DNA from: Camelus dromedarius
Taxonomy: Eukaryota
NCBI RefSeq assembly: GCF_036321535.1
Contig: NC_087462.1
Coordinates: 1,364,001-1,428,000, forward strand
DNA length: 64,000 bases
Direction of reading: 5' to 3'
Made by a program: the position numbers and the translations under genes. Numbering within the stretch: the stretch's first letter is position 1; each line of letters opens with the position of its first letter. Positions 48,255-58,878 of the stretch are shown one piece after another. The notes under the pieces were generated by a model. It was not told where the DNA came from, made no database searches, and saw only the letters and a list, made by a program, of their open reading frames with translations.

Positions 48255-48700
48255 CTGTGGTCGCCGGGATAACAGCCCTCAAATATGCCCACATCCTGGT
48301 CCTGGGACCTGTGGATGTGTCACCTCACAGGGGAGAGGGGACTTTGCAGGTGGGATTAAGTTAAGGCGCTGGGATGAGGGTGACCCTGGATTCCCAGGAG
48401 GTCCCGTGTCATCACAGGGTCCTCATCAGAGGGAGGTGGGAGGTCAGTCAGAGAGAAACGGGAGATGCCGCGCTGCTGGCGGTGAGGATGGAGGGAGGGG
48501 CCGCAAGCCAGGGATGTGGGGCCTCTAGAAGCTGGAGAAGGCGGGACCTGATTCTTCCCTGGAGCCTCCGGAGGGACTAGCCCTGCCCATGCCTGGATTG
48601 AGCCCAGGTCAGACTTGTGCCTTCAGAACTGTGCGAGGGTATTACGTACTGTTTTAAACCACTACGTTCGTGTGAATTCATTGCAGCAGCAATTCAGCCC
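48255..48700 (+). mobile_element. MLT1D-like solo LTR
   Basis: GGGACTTTGCAGGTGGGATTAAGTTAAGG...GTCATCACAGGGTCCTCA..GCCGCAAGCCAGGGATGTGGGG.CCTCTAGAAGCTGGAGAAGG..TGTTTTAAACCACT. Confidence 0.8.
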
Positions 48701-49315
48701 CATACAGATGGTTTTCTGCAATGGTTTGTGAGGCTGTCTGGTTTTCCGGTTTCACTGCTTTACTGACATTTTCTTACTTAACCTCTGGGTGCAAAAATAA
48801 GTTGTCTCCACGTTTCCCGCTTACCACCATTGTGGTATCACGACACAAGGGTGAGGGCTGTTCTGGGCAGAGGGGAAAGGAAAGCAAAGGCGGGAGGTGC
48901 TGAGCATCCTGGCAGGTCTGAGGCCACTCTGTGTGTCAGGGAAGTGGGGGGGCAAGAGGTGGGATCTGGGAGGGCAGCAGGGAAGGGGCTCTGGGTCCTG
49001 CAAAGAGGCATTGGGGGGGCAGGGTTTGTCCCCCTTGCCAAGCCCCAACAGGGCGGCACAAAGTCTCCTTCCTCCTTCATCCCAGACCCTCAGTGCAGGA
49101 TTTGGCATGTGATACAAGTCTGTGATGGATGGATGGGCATTTAGATGAGTGGTGCATTCGTTCCAGCCTGGCCGTCTAGGGCAGTGCCACCCCGTGGGGT
49201 CTCTGAACCCTGCTCTCCACCTGCCCCTTCCAGTGTGGCAGCCACTTGAAATGTGGCCGGGGGACAGAGAAACTGAATTTGAAACCTTACTTAAAATAGA
49301 ATATGATATTATTTA

Positions 49316-49456
49316 ATTTTTTATTTGGCTTTTTTTGGGGGGTGGGGAGAGGAAGTAATTAGGTTTATTTATTTATTTAATGGAAGTACTGGGCGCTGAA
49401 CCCAGGACCTCGTGCCTGCTAAGAACACGCTCTACCACTGAGGTATGCCCTCCCCC
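49316..49456 (-). mobile_element. Vic-1-type SINE
   Basis: Reverse complement of the same head and tail; flanking repeat AAAATAGAATAT; follows a MER3/MER33-like fragment (about 49212-49300). Confidence 0.85.
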
Positions 49457-49479
49457 TCAAAATAGAATATATTATTTAA

Positions 49480-50200
49480 AAAAAAACCCAGACAACAACA
49501 AGAGTGGGCAAGGATGTGAACGAATCAGAACCGTTGTGCACAGCAGGCGGGGATGAAAATGACGCAGCCGTGGTGGAGCACTCCTCAAACAGTTAAGCGT
49601 AAACTCCCCATATGACCCAGTGGGACCCAGTCCCGCTCCTGGTACGGACCCAGGAGAATCAAAAGCAAGGACAGGAAGAGACGTTTGCACACCTGTGTCC
49701 ACAGCGGCATGACTCACAGCAGCTTAAGGTGGAAACACCCCAAGTGTCCATAGACGGGTGAATATGCAAGCAGAGTGTGGAGCATCCCTGTAATGAAGCA
49801 CCACTCAGCCTCAGAAAGAAGGCGGTTCCGGCACCTGCTGCAGCGTGGATGGACCTTGAGGACGTGGAGCTCAGCGGGAGAACCCAGCGCAGAAGGACAC
49901 GCACTGACTGAGCCCACTCACAGGAGGTCCCTGGAGGAGTCACATCCACAGAGACAGAGAGCAGACGGTGGGGCTGGGGCTGGGGGAGGGGCTGGGGAGT
50001 CAGTGTTTCACGGGGACAGAGTTTCAGTTTGGGAAGATGAGGAAGCTCTGGAGACGGTGGTGGGGATGGGGGCACACCAGTGTGAGTGTGCTTAACGCCG
50101 CTGAGCTGTGCTCTCACAAACGGTTAAGATGGTAAATTTTATGTTTTTTTTTTCCTTTGGTAAATTTTATGTTTATGTATATTTTACCACATTAAAAATT
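49480..50200 (+). mobile_element. L1MA/MB 3' fragment, GC-shifted
   Basis: TGGCAAGGATGTG..CTCCCCATATGACCCAG..CCCAAGTGTCCAT..GAGTTTCAGTTTGGGAAGATGA..GGTTAAGATGGTAAATTTTATG. Confidence 0.75.
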
Positions 50201-50289
50201 AATGCATAAAAGTCTACAATGAATAAAATATCAACATGTTACTTGAAGACAGGCTCTGTACCTGCACTTGACCAATTCACCTCCTCTCC

Positions 50290-50720
50290 TCCCCCAATCC
50301 CAGCCGTGTGAGAGGCTGGTGAATGGACACACACAAATGTGTCCCTCCACACAGGGGAGCATTGCTCGGCCGTGAAAAGGAGAGAAGCCCTGACACTTGC
50401 TACCACGTGGACGGACCCTGAGAACACGACGCTCAGTGAGAGAAGCAGACACAGAAGGACACGCAGTGTGTGAGTCCATGGATGTGAGGCGTCCAGAACA
50501 GGCCAGTCCCCAGACACAGGGAGGGGGCTCCTGGCTGTCAGGGGCTGGGGAGGGGGATGGGAGGGTGATTATCAACGGGGACAGGGCTTCTTTTTGGGAT
50601 GTTCTGGAATTAGAGGTGCTGGTGGCACAACTGTGAGAATGTACTAAATACTCCTGAATTGTACACTTTACAGACTGTATTATATGGTACATAAACTGTA
50701 TCTCAAAAACCTCATTTAAA
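50290..50720 (+). mobile_element. L1MB-type 3' fragment (copy B)
   Basis: Same segment as copy A at 15.1-15.6 kb. Confidence 0.75.
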
Positions 50721-50730
50721 AAAATGACAG

Positions 50731-50815
50731 GCAGGTGGGTATAGCTCAGTGTTAGAGCGTGTGCTTAGCATACACAAGGTCCTGGGTTCAGTCCCCAGTA
50801 CCTCCATTAAAGAAA
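50731..50815 (+). mobile_element. Vic-1-type SINE (short form without extended tail)
   Basis: TATAGCTCAGTGTTAGAGCGTGTGCTTAGCA...GGTTCAGTCCCCAGTACCTCCATTAAAG; flanks AAAAAATGACA / AAAAAAGTGACA. Confidence 0.82.
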
Positions 50816-52503
50816 AAAGTGACAAACTTATTTCCCATACAGCTGGGCTGTGTTGGTGGTGTGTGTTTGATGACTGACTAAACAAAGGCGTGAACGCGTG
50901 ACTAGATGGGATGACACAAAAGCAGTCCATACTTATCAAGTGGTTGTTTAACCCGGATTAACTCCTTCTGACCTTACTGCCCCCCTGGGAGGAAATGACC
51001 CCACTTTCCAGATGAGGAAGCTGAGCCAGCAGAGCCTGGCTTCCCCTCAGCGGAGTCGTCCTCCTCCGGGAAGCCCCTCCTGACGGCCCTGGGCTCCGCA
51101 GGGGCGTGGTTGTTTAGCTCAGGATGGCTGACCAGACCCAAGACCAAAGGCAAGCTGACCACGTTCTGTGGGAGTTTTCACCCCCGAGACCCTCTTTTCT
51201 GAGGCTGAGAGACAGGAAGCAATGCTCCCAGGGTCACTGTGGCCAGCCTGGAGGTGGCGCCACGCTGGTGGGGGTGGGGCCGCCCCCGGGCCCAATGCCT
51301 GGTCCTGCTCCAAGGCGGGGGTGTGCCCAGCTGGGATCTCCAGCGAGGCCTCCTCCCCCTCCCACTGCAACCAGTGAGCTGATTGGCCCACCCTGTGGCC
51401 TCTGGCCACCTGTTGCTGTCTGTCATGGGGCCACCCTCCTCATGATCCATCCTGTGCACCAGGCCCAACACCGCAGCGGTGAGGTAAGATAGGCAGGGGG
51501 CGGCCTGGACAGAGGGGGTCCCTGGGGTCTGGGAGGGCATCCCTGAGGTCCACGGGGATCCCCAGCTCCGGTGGATGCCCCCAAACACACCTAGGGGCAT
51601 TGCCCCCCTGCCCATTGGGCCCCTCCCCCATGGCCTGCTCTGGCCCCAGGGAAGGGTCCTCTTTCTGCCCAGGGATGGGTCACACTGACACTGGAGCTAG
51701 AGGCACTGGTGACCCAGAAAAGCAAGGCTGTGGGGGCCAACAGACAGGTTTGACTCAAGCTCTGCACAACCTCTGGCTCCAGCTCTAGCCTCAGTTTCTT
51801 CATCTGTGAGATGGAAGCAGAGACAGTCAGAGGGGCGGGGACCCCAGCTTTGGGATCGGGAGGTCTGGGATCCCCTGCCCCTGTCCCTGCCTGTCACGGC
51901 CAGAGTGAGGCTGATCCTGGCTGCTGGGGCTTGAGCTCCTAGACTTAGGGGGTCCAGGGGGAGTGTGGGTGCCGGGAATGGCCGGTGAGGATGGTCCAGA
52001 GGGAGACCCCAGGGGGGGCAAAGGCCTGGGAGGGGCTGGGCCCCATGTTGGCCTGTCCTGCTGGCCTCAGGCACCAGATAAAAATAGTCCCTGGTCTCAG
52101 AGAACATGAGCCGACCCTGGGGCCAAGGGTTCTGGTTTGGGCTCCTTGCTCATCTCTGTGACCACGCGCAGGACCCAGCCCTCCCTGGGGCCCCAGCAGC
52201 CTCCCCATCCTGAATGCTCAGGGATGCTGGGGCCCCAAGGAGGCTGGCCTATCAGGAGGGGTCCTGGGGGGGTCAGGGAGAGTGCCTGGCAGAGGCTGCT
52301 GGCCTTGCCTTGCGTGAGTATGAATTTACCAAGTGAATGGGGCTCCAGGAAGGGGGCCAAGCAAGGCCTGTTGGGAGGGGCAGGTCGGAGCCCCCTCTCC
52401 CCAGGTCAGGCCCAGGCCCATAGCAGGAGCTCAGCAAATGTAGGCCGCCTCTTCCCCGTTCCCTCCAGCCTGACTCTGGACCTGCTGTTTCTCAGACGTC
52501 TCC

Positions 52504-55202
52504 ATGACAACCAGGGCCCTGGAGGAGCTGGATGGAGGCCTGGGCAGCTGCCAAGTGGACGAGGGCCTCTCTGCACTGGCTGACCCCTGCCCAGGCCAGC
52601 CGCGGGAGGACAGGGCTCCAGGTACCCCAGAGGGCGCCACAGAGTGCAGCCCACTTTCTGTTGAGCCAGGTGGCTCACCTTCAGAGACCAGGCCTTGGAC
52701 TCCCACCTTAGACTGGCTTAAACCGTGCTCTCCATTTCCACACTCTGTGCCCATTAAAGTCTTGGGGGGTGCCCATTAAAGCCTTGGGGGTTCATAAGGA
52801 GCCCAAAGAACACAGGTGCCGGGCCGCAGAGGTCAGGTTTAGAATCCCAGCTTGTCAGTGAAGTGCCGTGCACCTGTGTGCAAGTCTCAGTCTGTCTACT
52901 TTCAAATCTGTAAAACGGGAGCAGTTACCCAGCCCTCACCCAGCAGAACCCGGGGCAGGGTGGGGTCAGCCCGGGGGTTCCCATGACCTTCACTCTCCCT
53001 CTTTTCCCACCAACAGTGACACCCAGTCTGGCCGACTCCAACAGCTGGCCTCAGGTGAGTAGCCTGGGCCCTTGGGGTTCAGCCCAGGGTGCCCCTGGAG
53101 GACAGGATGTGCTGGCACTGACGGTGGATGTCTGCAGCCCATGGGAAGGGTTTGGTCCCCCTCGGAGGAAAGACTGGAAGGAAACTGCCAGGATGACATG
53201 TCGCTCTGCATAGGATTCTCAGGAGCCGGTAGCTGAGGGCAGCCCCGCAGGCGGTGTGGATGCCAGGCCCAAGAAGACAGAAAAGGAGCCGGTGGCCAAA
53301 GTGGCCTCAGGACACGGGAAGGAGAGGCTGAAAACAGGAGCAAGTGGGTTTGCCGGAGACAGGGGTGAGGCGGGGGGTGGGCTTGGACCAGTATTGGGTT
53401 GGGGGTCGATCCTGGGCCGGGTCCTTAGATGGGGAGTCAGTACCGTGCACGGGGCTCCTGGTGGAGTGACGTAACGAAACGGGCTGTGAGCCTCTGTAAT
53501 TCATGCTAACACCAGCTCAGGTGCTACTAAGCTTCAGCGAGTTATCTTTTAGAATATTTTCGGTATCCCAGCGGAGGTGCCAAGCCGGCAGAGCTTAGCT
53601 CCTCCGCGCAGGGCCGCACAGCCGGGCAGGGCGGGGCCGAGCGCAGCCGGGGCTCCGCCCCTGGCAGCCCGCGCCCATCCCGCACCCGCTCCCGCAGCCC
53701 CCCGGAGCCCCGCGCGGAAGAAGACGCAGGCCGTGCCGCCCCCGCAGCCGCCGCCGCCGCCCCCGGCCCTGAGCGAGGAGCTGCCCTGGGGAGAGCTGTC
53801 GCTCAACAAGTGCCTGGTGCTCGCCTCGCTCGTGGCGCTGCTGGGCTCCGCCTTCCAGCTGTGCCGCGGTGAGCTGCGCCCCACGCGTGGCTTCTTCCGG
53901 GGGGCCGGTCTGTGCGCCTCCCCTTCAGAGTTGGGTCTTGGACCCCCACCCCAGGCAGTGCGCGCCCCCTGCCCCCTAGTATGGACCTTGGGACCCGCCC
54001 CCTGCACTTCCTGCTCCGGCCTTATGCGCCCCCAGGGTGGCGTCTGAGACCCACTATTCAGGACCGGCTTTGAGCCTCGCGCGCGTCCCCAACACGGACC
54101 TTCCGCGGAGCCCTTCCCGTCGCAGTAGGGGCCTTGGTGCACCTCCCTCCCTGAGAAGAGGCCCTCAGCCCCGCCCCCACCGGCCTTGCACGCCCAGGAT
54201 GGGCTGTGTGCACCCCCACTCGGTAGTGTGCCGCTTTCCTTGCGCCGTGGCGCTCCTACCGCCCTCGGAGAAACGGGGAGCATCCTTTTGCTACCTGAAT
54301 GAGGGAGCTTTGAAGGAAAGGCCTCCGCCGTAGTGGAGACCCGGAGCCCCTTCCCAGGGCTCGGACGGATTCAGTCCAGCCTCAGGGTACCTGGTGGAGT
54401 CTGGCTTGGCTGAGCCCCCTTGCCTGTCCCCAGGAAGAGGGGGCTCTAGGGGAAAGGGCTGGGATGGACCGTGTGGTCGGCTCTCCGGCTCAGGCTGACT
54501 CACATCCCCTCCTGGCCCTTCCCAGAGGCCGTGGCTGGGGAAGCGGAAGCCCCTGTGCCTGTCCTTGAACCGTGCGTCCCGCCAAGCTCAGCCCCGAAGG
54601 GTCCTGCATCGGCCCTGGTAAGCACGTCCTTCAAGTGACCCGTCAGTGGGGCTCTCATTGGGGGAAGGGGCCTGGGCCCCCGTGGCATTCTGCTCTGACC
54701 CCACCACCCCACACTGTCCGCATTGCAGCCAAAGCCCGTGACCTGGGCTCCCCCACTGGGACCGCCTGCACCCCAGATGAAGGTAGAGGAAAGGGCCAAG
54801 GTCCCCGGGAGCAGGGAGGCTGCAGGGAAGGACAAAGGGGAGTCTGAGGAGGCCGCTGGGGAGGAGCCCGCGCCCCTTGCAGACCGAGGGCCCAAGGAGA
54901 GGTTGAAGGAGGGGCCGAAGAAGGAGAGGCTGCGGAAGGAGAGGCCTCAGAAAGAGGAGAGGCCAAGAAGGGAAGAGAGACCACGGAGGGAGAAGCCACG
55001 GAAAGAGGAGAGGCCACGGGCTGCCGGGGAGCCCCGGAGAGCCCTACCGCGGCATTGGGAGGCACGCAAAGGGGGCCATCAGCCATGGGCGCGAGACTCC
55101 GGAGACCCGGAGTACAGGAAGAAGCAGGCCTGGGCCTCCCCAGAGGAGGAGGACCGGCCTCCGGGCCGCCGGAAGCACCGCGCAGGCAAGGGGCGGGACT
55201 GA
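52504..55202 (+). CDS. JSRP1: Junctional sarcoplasmic reticulum protein 1 (JP-45), 340 aa
   Basis: Coding exons 52504-52621, 53017-53054, 53214-53343, 53698-53868, 54526-54617, 54729-55202 (1023 nt, GT-AG, in phase). Translation MTTRALEELDGGLGSCQ...ALSEELPWGELSLNKCLVLASLVALLGSAFQLCR (transmembrane segment)...KEERPR repeats...RAGKGRD* matches JSRP1. An acceptor at 52495 implies a non-coding upstream exon. Confidence 0.93.
52835..52950 (+). mobile_element. MIR fragment (others at about 50990-51030, 51785-51815, 63170-63270)
   Basis: GAATCCCAGCT...TCTCAGT..TTTCAAATCTGTAAAACGGG MIR core. Confidence 0.55.
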
Positions 55203-55265
55203 GCCAAGTCTGGCCCCACACGGGAGTTCCTGGGCCTCCGCTCGTCCGTCCCGTGGTTACAGCAA

Positions 55266-55271
55266 AATAAA
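55266..55271 (+). terminator. JSRP1 poly(A) signal AATAAA
   Basis: AATAAA 64 nt after the JSRP1 stop codon. Confidence 0.8.
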
Positions 55272-55466
55272 GTCAGTGCTGGGGCCCTCTTCATTGTCTG
55301 CTCTTTTGCGCCCGAACCCCAGAACCCACCCGGGGCCTGAGTAACAGGGATTGGGAGCTTCAGGTGGGGGTGGGGGCCAGAGTGCTGAGGGGGATGACAA
55401 CTGGCGGAAGGAAGCCCTGGCCTGTCTCCAACCACCACAGACACCCCAGCCACGTGCTTTCTGGTC

Positions 55467-55472
55467 TTTATT
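55467..55472 (-). terminator. AMH poly(A) signal AATAAA (minus)
   Basis: TTTATT on + strand, 57 nt past the AMH stop codon. Confidence 0.8.
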
Positions 55473-55528
55473 GGGGTGATGAAGGGGTCCAAATAAATAT
55501 GGGCCAGTGCGCCACTTGGGGCACAGGG

Positions 55529-58179
55529 TCACCGGCAGCCGCACTCGGTGGCCACCATGTTTGGCACATGGTGTGCACTGATGCGCTCCTCCGACAGGCT
55601 GATGAGGAGCTTGCCGGCGTAGGCTGTGGGCACGCAGCAGGGCGGGCGCGCCAGGGCCACGCCGCGGGCCTGCATCTTCAGCAGGAGCACCACATGGTTG
55701 CCGTACCGTGGGTTGCGGTCCGACTGCGGCCAGCCGCACGCGCCCTGGCAGTTGTTGGCCTGGTACGTCTCAGGGATGAGTACCGAGCGCTCGGCGCGCA
55801 GGTCCACGCGCAGCTCGCGCAGCGCACACGGCCCGTCGGCGGCTGGGGCCCCCGCACTGCGCTGCGCCCGGGCAGGGCCGCTCCGCTCCCGCCCGTGCCA
55901 CTCGGCGCGCAGGCCCTGCAGCGCCTTTAGTAGCAGCAGCGCGCGCAGCGGGCCGCCGGGGCCGCTCGGGTCCCCCGGGCACAGCGCGAGGAGGCGTGCC
56001 AGCAGTGGCGTGGCGGCTGGCGGCAGCCCGGGGAGGCCGCGCAGCTCCTCGGCCGCCCTCTGAAGCTTGGCGGTCACCCGGCGCGTGAGGCCCTCAGCCC
56101 AGAGCGCGGAGGCAGGATCCTGCAGCGGCGCGGGGCCCCCGGCGGTGGCTGCGGTGGGCGGCAGGAGCAGCAGCAGAGGCTCCTCGCCGTCCAGCAGGCG
56201 CTCCAGCGCCGCGGGGTCCGACAGGTTGACCTGGCCCTGCGGGAAACCGGCCAGCGCTCCGGGGTCCAGGGCCAGACGCGGGGGCGAGGCTCGGGCCGGG
56301 GGACCCCGCACCGCGCGCACCAGGCGCATGAGAGTTTCCAGGAAGGGGTCAGCGCTGGGGAGCGGCTCCTCGGGCTCCGGGGATGCCCTGGACAGTGGAG
56401 TGGAGGGTCACGAGGAGGTCGTGAAGGTGCAGGGTCCCTCTGCCCCCACTCCCCCACTCCAGGTCTGCGCCTGCGCGCACCTGGGCTGTGGAAAGGGCAC
56501 CGAGTCCAGCTGGCCTCGCGCAGACAGAGGCACAGGCCCTTGTGGGGGCAGCAGCAACAGGGCCGGGGTCATCCGTGTGAAGCAGCGGGAATCCGAGCCA
56601 AACAGCAGGGCCTGCAGCTGGGCAGTGCTCAGGGGGGCACCTGCGGGGTGGGGGGGTGACACGTGTGTGCTGGCTCAGCAGCTTGGGGTTTTGGGGTAGG
56701 GGTCAGCTGCCCGACAGGTCCCTGTCAGGGGGGCCTACCGTTTCCGCGACGCCGCAGGGTCAGGGCGAGCCCAGGGCCGCGCCAGGCCACCTCCGGGCGG
56801 TCCACAGACAGCACCAGGTAACTGGAGTCCGGAGCTGGACAGAGACTCTGCGGAGATGGGAGCTCAGCCAGGCAGGGCTGCTGGGTTCCAGCCCTGCTCA
56901 GCCTACTGCTCTTAATACCCCTTCAGGATTCCAGCCTGGACCCTGGTGGCCTTTCTGTTAAGCAGTTAGAAAACCCCATCGCCCTCCCTTGCCAGGAGTG
57001 AGGGCTCCTGGGGCCCAGGGACAGCCCCCTCAACTCCCTGGTACCTGGGTGCCAGGCAGCCCAGTCCCGGTGACGGTGACCTCCGGGCCGGTTCCTGGGT
57101 ACAACACCAGCAGGGCCAGCTCCAGGGGACTGGCTCCTCCAGGTGGAGGCTCCTGGAACTTCAGCGAGGGCGTCAGCTCCCACATCACTGTGGCCAGAAC
57201 AATGGAGGAAGGACACCTGAGCCACGGAAGCTGGAGCCCCTCCTGCCAAGCCTGTCTTGTCCTGCAGGCGGGAGAGGCCCCACCTGAGCAGCAGCTGGTC
57301 TGATGCCCCTGGGACACAGGTGGCCTGAGAGGAGTGTCAGACAAACAGGGTGGGCGATCGGGCTGCCACCTGTCACCTCTGAGCCCTTGGTAATGGGTTT
57401 GAGGCCAGTGGCCCCTGAGGACAGGCCACACACACCCCTACCAGGGGTCTTTTGTGGAGGGGAGGGGCCGTCCTCTGCTGGACCTTCAGGCTGTGCTGGC
57501 CTCACCCCTGAGGCTCCTTCATGGGTGGAGGGGCAGGTCTGGGAATGGGAGGTCTTCCAGCCCCTAGATGTGGCAAACATCAGGTCACCCACCTTTCTGG
57601 CCATCAGTCTCAACTTCTGGAAGAGGCCTGGAGGGGGCTGGGCTGGGGGCTCTGGCAGAACCCAGTCTCTGGAGAATGGTGGCTGCCTCCCATCCCTGCT
57701 CCCGGCTATAGCCCCCACATACCTTCCTCCAGGTGCAGGACCACCAGCCGCCGCCCCCCGGCCTCCCCCAGCCACGCCTGCAGCTGCTGTAGGTGGGGCA
57801 GGGCAGCCTGCCTACCGCTGGGGGGGCAGACCCCGAAGGTCGCCAGGTCGCGAGGGCCCCAGCGGGCATGCTGCACAGCCTCCAGGAAGGCCTGCTCGTA
57901 GCCACTCAAGGCCCCCACCACCCGCAGGAGAGCACTGCTCCCATTGCCACCCCCACCCAGGGTCACCAGGCACAGAGGATCCCCAGGGCTGCCTGGTGGC
58001 CGGATGCTGGGGGGGGGCCATTCCCAGTCTTGGTGGAAGATGAGCCCCCCAGTGTCTGTAGTTGGCTCCCCAGGCAAGGTTGGGGTGCTGGAGGTCTCTT
58101 CCCTGGGGGTCCCGGCCCTCAGCAGAGCCCCCAGCACCGACAGCACCAGGGCCAGCCGAGAGAGGGGCGGGCCCTGCAT
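55529..58179 (-). CDS. AMH: Anti-Mullerian hormone precursor (575 aa)
   Basis: Exons 57723-58179, 57045-57187, 56739-56847, 56481-56640, 55529-56387 (1728 nt). Exons 2-4 are 143/109/160 nt, as recalled for human. Signal peptide [17 protein letters not shown] and NLS sequons, RAQR|SAGA processing site (55851-55870), and TGF-beta domain [10 protein letters not shown]...CCVPTAY...ECGCR*. Confidence 0.98.
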
Positions 58180-58209
58180 TCTGGGTGCTTCCAGGGGCTG
58201 GGCTGCCCT

Positions 58210-58495
58210 GGCTTATATGGGCGAGCAGGGCTGTTTGTGCAGGAGAGCAGCCCCTATCTCTCGGGATGTGACCTTGGGGGCCAGCACCCGCTGGGAGCTT
58301 GGGCAGGCCAGGCGGCCTTCTCAAAGCTCCTTCTGTTCTGACCTGGCTAGCTATCTCCTCCTGACCAGTGATAGAAACTGTGGCCTGTGACCCACTTGTC
58401 AACAGCTGTCCTTGACAAGTTTTCCCCTTTGGAGACAGGAGTCTCTGGGACTGTGAGCAGCGAGTGAGTAGCCCAGACGGACCAGACTATCAACA
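58210..58495 (-). promoter_or_regulatory. AMH proximal promoter
   Basis: Read on the minus strand: TATA-like ATATAA 58213-58218; GATA AGATAG 58254-58259; SF-1/NR5A1 CCAAGGTCA 58269-58277; SOX9 site CTTTGAGA 58319-58326; further GATA motifs at 58351-58356, 58369-58374 (+) and 58487-58492; distal SF-1 TCAAGGACA 58407-58415. The order matches the established mammalian AMH promoter. Confidence 0.85.
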
Positions 58496-58872
58496 GCCCC
58501 CAGGTCAGGGGTGGGGGCGGAGAGGGCCAGCGCTCCTGCCCCAGACGGCCGCGCACCAGCCCGAGGAAAACACATCACCCTCGCTCAGACCGCAGCCAGG
58601 CGCGCCTGGCGGGCCCCGCCCCTGCGTGCTGGCCCCCCACGCGCCCCAAAGGGGAGCGAGCAGCTACTGCTTTCCTCTGAGGAGAGCCCCAGACGCGCTG
58701 CTGGCTCGCAGGCTGCCCCACCCAGGGGCCACCCACTTGTGTCCTGCTGGTGTCCTGACCCTGGGCCACCTCCGAAGGTGCAGGAGGACACCTGTGTGTA
58801 TTCAGTCACTGCAAGCCCTTGCCCCGGCCTGCCCACTGACACAGCAGAACACTCCAGGGTCGGCACGGACTC

Positions 58873-58878
58873 TTTAAT
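58873..58878 (-). terminator. SF3A2 poly(A) signal (ATTAAA on minus)
   Basis: TTTAAT on + strand about 100 nt past the SF3A2 stop codon. Confidence 0.7.

Noticed and set aside
56400-56750. Possible orthologue of a human AMH-embedded microRNA annotation
   Set aside because: I cannot identify a hairpin or recall the sequence reliably enough to support it.
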